From Candidatus Woesearchaeota archaeon (GTDB taxonomy: Archaea > Nanobdellota > Nanobdellia > Pacearchaeales > GW2011-AR1), in the NCBI GenBank assembly GCA_964419275.1, contig CAYQOY010000004.1:3114-55634 (forward strand): a DNA stretch of 52,521 nt, given 5' to 3'. The notes under the pieces are model-generated. The model was not told the DNA's origin, ran no database searches, and saw only the letters and a list, made by a program, of their open reading frames with translations. Of the stretch, positions 1 to 7,375 are shown piece after piece. Positions within the stretch are counted from its first letter, which is position 1; every line of letters starts with the position of its first letter. The position numbers and the translations under genes were made by a program.

Positions 1-354
1 ATACTACTGACATTAAGTTTAGCTGACACTCCTGAATTTTCTTGCGGTGAGCTTTATGGGGGGGCTAAAACTTCATCTTGTGTGGATTTTGACAAAGCTT
101 TGCAACTAAAAGAATTTTCTCAAGATTACAAAAATCTTTGGGGTGTGAAAGGTGTTGAAATACGAAAAATCTATCAGAAAACCGGGGATGTTGAATGCAC
201 CTTGGAAAATTATCCCGAATGTGATATTCTTACAATTCTAAAAGCTGAAACAGGGACAGGATATTCTGGATTTATTTCGCTTTGCAGAAATGAAATCTAT
301 CAAGAACAAGTCAGATTTAAATGCGAATTAGCTAAACTACTGGTGATAAACTAA
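1..354 (+). CDS. 5'-truncated hypothetical Cys-containing protein, probably part of a pilin-like gene cluster
   Basis: Frame is open from base 1 (ILLTLSLADTPEFSCGELYGG...) through the tracked ORF to TAA at 354. It is joined to the next gene by TAA-A-ATG. Confidence 0.7.
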   Translation: MLLTLSLADTPEFSCGELYGGAKTSSCVDFDKALQLKEFSQDYKNLWGVKGVEIRKIYQKTGDVECTLENYPECDILTILKAETGTGYSGFISLCRNEIYQEQVRFKCELAKLLVIN

Positions 355-355
355 A

Positions 356-862
356 ATGAACTTTTCAATTAATAAAATATTAAACAATAAGAAAGCTCAA
401 CAAGAGATAGTTGGTTTTGCTTTGATTATCATCCTTGTTGCAGTGATTCTGTTGGCGTTGCTTGCATTTGCTTTAAGAAATCCTAAAGACCAGCAAATTG
501 AAAGCTATGAAATAAAGAATTTCATTGACGCGGCTTTTGAACACACAGTTAATTGTGGTTATGAGCCTACCCCTTTAAGAAAATTAGTTTATTCTTGCTA
601 TGATCAGACTTATTGCACTAATGGTGTTTCCAGCTGCGAAATGCTAAAAACAACATTAGAGGGGCTTTTGAATGCAAGCTGGAATATTGGAGAGCAAAGT
701 TCAATTAAGGGTTATACCCTTAAGATTATTCCAACTGAATCTACAGGAGAAGCTATCTTAGAGATTTCCAAGGGCAACTCAACAAACTTAATCAAAGGCG
801 AATATCAAGATTATCCTAGACTTAGACAAAGGATAGTTGTGGAATTAAGCGTTTATTACTAA
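356..862 (+). CDS. Pilin-like protein with class III (prepilin) signal peptide
   Basis: N-terminus NNKKAQ-QEIVGFALIIILVAVILLALLAFAL: basic residues, small residue, Q/E, then a long hydrophobic helix. Paired Cys follow. Confidence 0.65.
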   Translation: MNFSINKILNNKKAQQEIVGFALIIILVAVILLALLAFALRNPKDQQIESYEIKNFIDAAFEHTVNCGYEPTPLRKLVYSCYDQTYCTNGVSSCEMLKTTLEGLLNASWNIGEQSSIKGYTLKIIPTESTGEAILEISKGNSTNLIKGEYQDYPRLRQRIVVELSVYY

Positions 863-920
863 TTGTAGTGGTTAAAATAGTAAGGGTTTGTTAGGTACTA
901 CAAGGATTTAAATGATTTTT

Positions 921-1280
921 TTATATTCTTAGTCTAATATTAATTATATCTGCATTTAACACTGGCCTTAAGCGTTTTCTGTTTTTTGTGGCTTCTTCTT
1001 TTAATTCAATGAATCCAAATCTGTGTAAAAGCTTTACATCGTCGTTAACCGACTTGAATCCTCGTTTAAGTTTTTTAGCTAAATCATAAATAGACTGAGG
1101 ATTTTCTGTTTTGATTGTATGAAGAATGCGCGCTTTTTCATTGCTTAACAACTGTCTTAATGCAGAAATACCCTCGAAGTCGTAGTTTTTTTTGGAAGGT
1201 TTTGTTCTTCTGAAAATAGAGAACGCTCCTTTGGTTTGAAAGATTGAAATCTCTCTTGTTTTACTTATTTCATTCGCCAT
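921..1280 (-). CDS. Winged-HTH DNA-binding protein (HVO_A0114/COG4190-like)
   Basis: Motif LLSNEKARILHTIK..NPQSIYDLAKKLKRGFKSVNDDVKLLHRFGFIEL. Confidence 0.75.
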   Translation of the reverse strand: MANEISKTREISIFQTKGAFSIFRRTKPSKKNYDFEGISALRQLLSNEKARILHTIKTENPQSIYDLAKKLKRGFKSVNDDVKLLHRFGFIELKEEATKNRKRLRPVLNADIINIRLRI

Positions 1281-1288
1281 TTTTTTAT

Positions 1289-1311
1289 TATATTCTCCCT
1301 CGGAGAATATA
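1289..1311. promoter_or_regulatory. Perfect inverted repeat, candidate operator of the HTH gene
   Basis: TATATTCTCC-CTC-GGAGAATATA (10-bp arms), 8 nt upstream of the HTH start codon. Confidence 0.55.
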
Positions 1312-1431
1312 TCTTATTATAATTTCAGGTTTATATATCTTTTTATTATATATATTACTAAAAAATACCATATATGAATATTTTTTTTCTTAAATCCACG
1401 GGAAAGAACTGTGTCTGTACTTTAGTGATAA

Positions 1432-1446
1432 CGAAAGCTTTATAAA
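1432..1446 (+). promoter_or_regulatory. BRE-TATA promoter 1 upstream of S-layer gene
   Basis: CGAAAGC followed by TTTATAAA (1439-1446). Confidence 0.55.
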
Positions 1447-1501
1447 TAAAACCTTTTTTTAGATAGGGTTTATGACTTCTCAACTAAGGCTTATCGTAAG
1501 C

Positions 1502-1509
1502 TTTTTAAA
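1502..1509 (+). promoter_or_regulatory. TATA promoter 2 upstream of S-layer gene
   Basis: AAGC-TTTTTAAA. The predicted start site at about 1531 coincides with hairpin ACACC-GTTAA-GGTGT (1532-1546). Confidence 0.55.
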
Positions 1510-1563
1510 GGAAAACCATTTTAACCATAATACACCGTTAAGGTGTTCTCGTGGGGAGTAAAA

Positions 1564-1695
1564 ATGTATAAAACAATAAGAAAATTAGGTTTAATCATAT
1601 TCACCCATCAGGGTAGTAATACCCCACAACTATCAGGATGGATGTCGTTGCCTTCGGCAATAAATATTAATATAGCTGAAAGGAGGTTAAACTAA
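1564..1695 (+). CDS. Possible 43-aa upstream ORF in the S-layer leader (MYKTIRKLGLIIFTHQGSNTPQLSGWMSLPSAININIAERRLN)
   Basis: Translated by hand. GGGGAG lies 5 nt before ATG; the stop lies 8 nt before the S-layer ATG. Below the ORF-track cutoff. Confidence 0.35.
   Translation: MYKTIRKLGLIIFTHQGSNTPQLSGWMSLPSAININIAERRLN
1602..1660 (+). ncRNA. Structured cis-RNA element in the S-layer 5' leader
   Basis: CCATC/GATGG stem encloses GGGTA-GTAA-TACCC (GNRA tetraloop hairpin), followed by TTGCC-TTC-GGCAA. Confidence 0.55.
1681..1687 (+). promoter_or_regulatory. Shine-Dalgarno site of S-layer gene
   Basis: AGGAGGT ends 16 nt upstream of ATG 1704. Confidence 0.55.
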
Positions 1696-1703
1696 ACGAG
1701 AAA

Positions 1704-4109
1704 ATGAATTTTAAGAAAATTACAGCGATCGGAACCAGTGTTTTGATTGCAGGTATGACAATGGGCCTTGCTGCTGCAGCAACTTACCCAGCTCCATTCG
1801 TACAGAACGGTGCAGGTAATTTCGCAGTAGTTTATGGTACAGGCGCAGGCGTTTCAGCAACTGATCTTATAAGTGCTACAGCTTTGGCTGATGCTTTATC
1901 TGATAAAGTAACCAGCACAGTAGGATTAGGTGATGAAAAAGTTCAAATTGACGCTGCAGGAAACAAACTTACTTTCGAAGAAGCTATAAATACAGTAAGA
2001 GAGAAGATAACATCAACTCACTTACCAACACTTTTTGCTGCTAGAAAAATAAGAGATACTCCTACCGGCTCAATTGACTACACACAATGGATGGAATTAA
2101 GTGCTGACTCTGTTACTTTCGACACCCTCGGTGGTGATGAAGACAATTACAGAATCAATACTGATTTAGCTAGTGATGTTAGACCTGTATTGCACATTGA
2201 TCAATCCTCAGGCGCTGCTTGGGATCTTGTAGTAGATTTCGACAAAGCTGTTGATTTCACCAGAGTAAGAAATGGTGAAAAGTTGGTTATTGCAGGAAAA
2301 GAATATTCTGTTGCAAAGGATTTGACAGGGACTGGTGATCTAGTCTTGTACGCTTCCTCAAAAACAGTAACTATTCCAGCTGGCTCAAGTGAAGCTATTG
2401 TCGTTGATGGTAAAAGTTATACCATTAGCGTCGAGGGTGCTAACACTGATGCAGCTACTCCAACTGCAGTTATCTATGTTGACGGCGAAGCTGACACCGT
2501 AGAAGAAGGAGATACTGTTTATTCAGGGGACCAAGAGTTCTACATAAATAGAATCTTCATGCAGACAATTCCAACTCAAGCTGCTAGTGTTGAAATCTTC
2601 GCAGGTGCTGAAAAGCTTACCTTGCCTTATGCAGGTGGAACTGTTGAGATTGATGGAGAAGATGTTGATGGAGTTGAAGTTGCAATTACTAAGACTACAA
2701 ACCTTACTGATGTAACAAAACTTACATTTACCTTTACCCCATCCAACCTTGACTTAGATACTGACGAAGCTAATTACCTAGAAATTGGTGAAACTATTGC
2801 TGACCCTGTTTTCGGAACTTTCGCATTATCCTTTGACTCTGCTTCAATGGATTTAAAAGATAGTGCTAAAGGTGTTGTTGAATTCAAGAGAGTAGCTGAA
2901 AAGTTACAACTCAAATTCACAAACAGAAACGGAGATGAATATACCTTCATTCCAATTGTAGATAATAAGGCGACAGCTATGGAATGGCATGATAACTTCT
3001 ATGGAACTAACACAGCTGCTTTAGTTAAGAATGATCTTGTTATTTTACAAGAAGGGGCAAGTGCTAAGAACGCTATTACCAGAATTGCTAAAGTAACCAG
3101 TGCTGTTAATGGAGACGAAATTACTTTCGACGATATTTCTACAGGAGCTAAAACAACTGTAGAAGACGGAGATAGAATTTGGTCTACAACAGGAGCTTCA
3201 TTTACTGCAGGTGCTTATGCATGTAACAACGTGACATTAAGCTACGACTATGCACCATACGCTCCCGCAACAGCAAATGCAACCAGAACAAACACAACAT
3301 ATGTAATGGAAGGTTGGTTCTTAGGAACAACTACAGGATGTTCGTATCAAGCCCCAGCTAGTGGCGACAACGTCACTAATGCTCAGGCTATTGCTGCAGG
3401 TATAACTGCTGCAGGTACAAACTACATGTATCCAATGCTTCCTCTTTACACACAAGAGAATGCAAGAATTACCCTTACAGATGCAAATGATGCAGTAATT
3501 AGAGAACAATACGATATTTCCGGAGTAGAATTCCCAATGAATTTTACCTTTGACAGTGGTCTTGACGGAGAATTTGTTATTGAATTGTACTCTTCTGACG
3601 CAGACTGGAGTTACGCTGCTGATGATGAAGGTGAAAATGGTTATTACTTATCTGACTTCGGTACTTATGCTGAATCAGACTTAGAAGATGACGCACTTGT
3701 AACCTTCTACATACCATCTGAAGAAGTAACATACAATGTTTACGTTGGTGCTACTGCTGAAGCTGAGGCAGAAGAAGGTGCAATCCTTGTAAGAGATAGC
3801 GAAGTTGCTAGTGTTGCTACTAAGAACTTAATTGTTGTTGGTGGTAGCTGTATCAACTCTGCTGCTGCTACATTGATTGGCGGAGCTAAGTGTGGTGACG
3901 CATGGACTGCTGCTACAGAAGCTGGAACTGGAAAGTTCGTAATCAAGAGTTATGCAGATAATGCATTAACTAGTGAACTTGCTGTACTTGTTGCTGGTTA
4001 TGAAGTTGCTGATACTGCAAACGCAGTGTCTTACTTCCAAAACAAAGTAACAGACACAAGTAAGAACTATCTTGGAACTAGCGCTATTTCAGCAACCGTA
4101 GTTGCCTAA
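1704..4109 (+). CDS. S-layer protein (Methanococcales-type S_layer_N / S_layer_C termini)
   Basis: Signal peptide MNFKKITAIG..., then YPAPFV..G...AVVYGTGA...D. C-terminal KNLIVVGGSCINSAAA..LVAGY. Acidic, Thr/Ala-rich, strongly biased codons. Confidence 0.9.
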   Translation: MNFKKITAIGTSVLIAGMTMGLAAAATYPAPFVQNGAGNFAVVYGTGAGVSATDLISATALADALSDKVTSTVGLGDEKVQIDAAGNKLTFEEAINTVREKITSTHLPTLFAARKIRDTPTGSIDYTQWMELSADSVTFDTLGGDEDNYRINTDLASDVRPVLHIDQSSGAAWDLVVDFDKAVDFTRVRNGEKLVIAGKEYSVAKDLTGTGDLVLYASSKTVTIPAGSSEAIVVDGKSYTISVEGANTDAATPTAVIYVDGEADTVEEGDTVYSGDQEFYINRIFMQTIPTQAASVEIFAGAEKLTLPYAGGTVEIDGEDVDGVEVAITKTTNLTDVTKLTFTFTPSNLDLDTDEANYLEIGETIADPVFGTFALSFDSASMDLKDSAKGVVEFKRVAEKLQLKFTNRNGDEYTFIPIVDNKATAMEWHDNFYGTNTAALVKNDLVILQEGASAKNAITRIAKVTSAVNGDEITFDDISTGAKTTVEDGDRIWSTTGASFTAGAYACNNVTLSYDYAPYAPATANATRTNTTYVMEGWFLGTTTGCSYQAPASGDNVTNAQAIAAGITAAGTNYMYPMLPLYTQENARITLTDANDAVIREQYDISGVEFPMNFTFDSGLDGEFVIELYSSDADWSYAADDEGENGYYLSDFGTYAESDLEDDALVTFYIPSEEVTYNVYVGATAEAEAEEGAILVRDSEVASVATKNLIVVGGSCINSAAATLIGGAKCGDAWTAATEAGTGKFVIKSYADNALTSELAVLVAGYEVADTANAVSYFQNKVTDTSKNYLGTSAISATVVA

Positions 4110-4125
4110 AAAGCCTAAACAAAAA

Positions 4126-4160
4126 TTTTAATTTTTTTTTATTTTTTTCTTTTTCTTTTT
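4126..4160 (+). terminator. Oligo-T terminator after S-layer gene
   Basis: About 35 nt of nearly pure T tracts immediately after the stop. Confidence 0.7.
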
Positions 4161-4259
4161 ACTTAAACCTTAGCGAGAGCTAAAGTTGATTTTCAAGATA
4201 AAAATGAGATTATTTTTTCAAGTCGCAAGCTTTTTATATTCAATTAAAGAAAGTAACTT

Positions 4260-4883
4260 ATGGTTAAAATGAGAAGAATCGTTTCTGCTCGCGAAGTGGA
4301 AAAACGAAACCAAAGAAACCAGGTTATTGTCGGAGTAATATTAGTTAGCTTGATGCTTTTCAGTATTTTAGGATATGCTTTCCAAGGCAGGGATTCCAGC
4401 TCAGATGATTCTAATAACTCTGAAAATGGAATTTATGAATACAATAGCTACAAGTTTCTTTATCAAAATGGGTTGTGGGCTTTGGATTTCTTAAACAGCT
4501 TTTTGCTTTTCTCTTATTATCCTAGTTCGGGGCAGGTTTTAGGATTTGAAAGCTTAAATAAAAGCTATCAAAATTATGAAAACAAAACAATTTACTTTTA
4601 CTCAGAAAATCCAGAAGCGGAAACAGAATTAAAGATGAATCTGATTTTGTTAACTAAAAATATTCAAGAGATTTGCCTGGAAGGAAAAAGTTGCGAAGAT
4701 TCAAATTTGCCTGTTAAAAGCTGTTCTGCTGTTGGAAATGATGAAATTATTGTGATTCAAGAAAGCACAGAGCAAAAACTTCAGCAAATTGGCAATTGTG
4801 TTATAATCTCTGGCGAACAAGAAAGTTTAATAAGACTCACTGACGAATTCTTATTTAGATTATTCAAAATAAAAACTGAGTGA
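4260..4883 (+). CDS. Membrane-anchored hypothetical protein with Cys-rich exoplasmic domain
   Basis: Basic N-terminus, one TM helix (VIVGVILVSLMLFSILGYAF), four Cys in the C-terminal half. Confidence 0.8.
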   Translation: MVKMRRIVSAREVEKRNQRNQVIVGVILVSLMLFSILGYAFQGRDSSSDDSNNSENGIYEYNSYKFLYQNGLWALDFLNSFLLFSYYPSSGQVLGFESLNKSYQNYENKTIYFYSENPEAETELKMNLILLTKNIQEICLEGKSCEDSNLPVKSCSAVGNDEIIVIQESTEQKLQQIGNCVIISGEQESLIRLTDEFLFRLFKIKTE

Positions 4884-4907
4884 ATCTGATTGTTTATAAC
4901 TTGCAAA

Positions 4908-5609
4908 ATGGCTAAAGAAAAAAAATCAAAAAAAACAGAAAAGAAAAGTTTAGCTAAAGCTGAAGATAAAAAAGAAAATCAAATTGATAAAACCTCTGAA
5001 TCCAAGAAACCCAAGAGCCATGCATTTTCCAAGGAAAGCAAATCTGTTATTTTAGTTTTAGTTATTGCATTAGCTTTTGTTGGATTCGCTTTAACTGTCA
5101 ATTATCTTAGAACCCGCTCAAATGTGATAGATTATCATGGAGTAAGCTTTGTTATGGAAAAAACAGGGAGCCTTATTTTTTATCGCACTCAAATTCCGTA
5201 TTATTCCAAGGACCCAAAAATAAAATACAATTTTTGGATAAGAAACAATCCCAAAACACTGGAAAAGAAAGTTCCTTTTGAAGGGGAATTGTATATCCGT
5301 CCGATTATTGTATTTAACCTAACTGAAGACTTTGAATGCGATGGCTACGGAGTTATTGCGATGGCTAATGTCAAACAACTGTATGAAGTTCTTGGAACAA
5401 CTTTTGCTAAAGATGAAAATGCTAGCTGCGATTACAATTACACAAACCCAAGATATGTTTATGTGAACATTCAGCCTGGAGAAAAAACTTGGATTCAACA
5501 AATTTCCAAAGCTTGCTACACAATACATGTAAAAGAATGCGAAATCTTGCCTGCAACAGAAAGATACATGACAGAGACATTTGTTTTAATGAAAGATTAC
5601 AAAAAATAA
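4908..5609 (+). CDS. Membrane-anchored hypothetical protein, apparent paralog of 4260-4883
   Basis: Start moved to ATG 4908 (MAKEKK). Lys-rich N-terminus, one TM helix, C-terminal SC...IQQI..C..I pattern. Confidence 0.8.
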   Translation: MAKEKKSKKTEKKSLAKAEDKKENQIDKTSESKKPKSHAFSKESKSVILVLVIALAFVGFALTVNYLRTRSNVIDYHGVSFVMEKTGSLIFYRTQIPYYSKDPKIKYNFWIRNNPKTLEKKVPFEGELYIRPIIVFNLTEDFECDGYGVIAMANVKQLYEVLGTTFAKDENASCDYNYTNPRYVYVNIQPGEKTWIQQISKACYTIHVKECEILPATERYMTETFVLMKDYKK

Positions 5610-5635
5610 ATTAAGATAAAAATAGAAATATCAAA

Positions 5636-6106
5636 ATGGACTTAAGACTTCTTTATGCTATTCTTTTAAGCTTAGCTCCAATTGCCGAGCTAAGAATTGG
5701 CATGCCTCTTGCGGTTGCTTACTCGCTTGATCACGGAATTCCTGCGATTTTCGCATTTCTTGTCAGCGTTCTTGCTAATATCTTTGTCGTATTTTTTATT
5801 TTCTTTTTTCTGGATTTCTTGCATGCGCGATTTATGAGCTTCAGCTTTTATTCAAGGTTTTTCAAAAAGTTTATAACTAGAATTCAAAAAAAAGTTGACA
5901 AGTTTGAGGAAAAATACAACGCTCTTGGTTTTTTAGCGCTCGCGTTTTTCGTTGCTGTTCCTCTTCCGGGAACAGGCGCCTGGACAGGCGCGTTAATGTC
6001 ATGGATTTTGGGTTTGGAAAGAAACAAGAGCATTGCGTCAATTGCAGTTGGAGTTATCATAGCAGGAATGCTTGTTTTCTTAAGCTCTTTTTTTCTTCTT
6101 GCTTAG
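5636..6106 (+). CDS. Small multi-drug export family membrane protein
   Basis: Motifs LAPIAELRIGMPLA and FVAVPLPGTGAWTGAL. Confidence 0.85.
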   Translation: MDLRLLYAILLSLAPIAELRIGMPLAVAYSLDHGIPAIFAFLVSVLANIFVVFFIFFFLDFLHARFMSFSFYSRFFKKFITRIQKKVDKFEEKYNALGFLALAFFVAVPLPGTGAWTGALMSWILGLERNKSIASIAVGVIIAGMLVFLSSFFLLA

Positions 6107-6679
6107 TGATTTCTTTTGGGAATTCTTTTTAAACTTCCTTTTTCCGTGGGCAATCGCAAAAAGAGGCATTAAATCTGAATAAACTGGAATTTGTTTTATC
6201 CTAAATAATTTAACTTCTAAAAACCAGATTCCCACAACTGCGACAATGCTTAACCCATACCAAAAGATAAGATGAATCGCATCAGCGTAAGCGAATCCAT
6301 AATAGTATAGAAAAGCCATCAAAATAATCCGGATTAAATTAAATCCTAAAAGCGAAGAGAAAGCAAACAAAACCATTTTGATTCTTTTCACAGGATTTAT
6401 TTTTGGAACTGAAAGATTCAAGGCAAACAAAAGATAATATGCTGCTCCTGCTATGCAAGCCTTAACAAGCCAAATTTCCAAGCTCATATCAATTAACAAC
6501 AAAAGTTCCTCTGGAAAAATACTCACCTGAAAAAACAAACTTAGTATCCAATAAACAGGATAAAGAGTTAAAGGTGAAAATATTTTATAAAAAATCCAAA
6601 GTCCGTTGGCAGCTGCAACGACAATCAACAAGTATCTGACAAAAATATTAATTATCTCATCTCTTTTTACTGTCTGCAT
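6080..6679 (-). CDS. Archaeosortase/exosortase family protein (pacearchaeosortase-like)
   Basis: Multi-TM protein with the Cys-Arg-His triad context ACIAG / NLIRI / IHLIFW. Confidence 0.8.
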   Translation of the reverse strand: MQTVKRDEIINIFVRYLLIVVAAANGLWIFYKIFSPLTLYPVYWILSLFFQVSIFPEELLLLIDMSLEIWLVKACIAGAAYYLLFALNLSVPKINPVKRIKMVLFAFSSLLGFNLIRIILMAFLYYYGFAYADAIHLIFWYGLSIVAVVGIWFLEVKLFRIKQIPVYSDLMPLFAIAHGKRKFKKNSQKKSLSKKKKRA

Positions 6680-6698
6680 TTTAATAAATGGGGAAATG

Positions 6699-6708
6699 TA
6701 TTTAAATA
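6699..6708. promoter_or_regulatory. Palindromic bidirectional TATA box
   Basis: TATTTAAATA is self-complementary and centred at 6703.5, equidistant from start codons 6679 (-) and 6728 (+). Confidence 0.65.
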
Positions 6709-6727
6709 ACTTAGGTTTTTTTCAATA

Positions 6728-7354
6728 ATGAATTTAGAGAAAAAGAGGCGATTTGCGCTAGCTGTGATGATTACAATTATCGGAATTTTCATTTGCGCTT
6801 CTTATGATGCTCAGATAATTCAGAAAGTTTACAGTTTGAAGACCCCTCAACTAACCGAGTTCTTTTTGATAATCAATTTGATAAGCTCAAATGTTTTAAT
6901 TATTTCAGTTTTAACTTTGCTGTTTTTATGGAAAGACAAAAAAAGAAGCTGGATTCTTCCTGCTTGGATAAGCATTGCTGCCTCGATATTTGTAAGTTTT
7001 ATCTTGAAAATTTCCACTCAAAGGCTTCGCCCTTTCCAGCAAGGATTGGTTTACTTATTACCTCAACTTAATGACGCGGACTTTTTAACCTGGAATTTTT
7101 CATTTCCTTCATTTCAATCAGCTTTGGTTTTTTGCACTGTCCCTATGATTTGGAAGAATTTCCCTAAGCTAAGATACTTTTGGATTGCATTTGCAATCCT
7201 TGTTGCTTTTTCCAGAATTTACTTCGGGCTTCACTTTTTAAGTGATGTCTTAAGCGGTGCTCTTTTGGGATTAGTTATAGGCCAGATAATTGTTTTGGTT
7301 GAACAAGAAAACAAATTCTGGCAAAGAACTTACGATAAACTTTTCAGAAGATGA
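6728..7354 (+). CDS. PAP2-family membrane phosphatase/phosphotransferase with altered C2 motif
   Basis: C1 KISTQRLRP and C3 SRIYFGLHFLSD are present. C2 reads SFPSFQS instead of PSGH. Confidence 0.85.
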   Translation: MNLEKKRRFALAVMITIIGIFICASYDAQIIQKVYSLKTPQLTEFFLIINLISSNVLIISVLTLLFLWKDKKRSWILPAWISIAASIFVSFILKISTQRLRPFQQGLVYLLPQLNDADFLTWNFSFPSFQSALVFCTVPMIWKNFPKLRYFWIAFAILVAFSRIYFGLHFLSDVLSGALLGLVIGQIIVLVEQENKFWQRTYDKLFRR

Positions 7355-7375
7355 AATTAACATAAGAAAATATTT

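Noticed and set aside
863-903. Inverted repeat TTGTAGT...ACTACAA with a tRNA D-loop-like TAGTGGTTAA inside
   Set aside because: Only 7-8 bp with a long loop, and no T-arm or anticodon arm. At most a terminator between convergent genes.
1312-1400. Very AT-rich tract as a possible replication origin unwinding element
   Set aside because: No ORB-like G-string repeats and no cdc6/orc1 gene nearby. Explained by divergent promoters.
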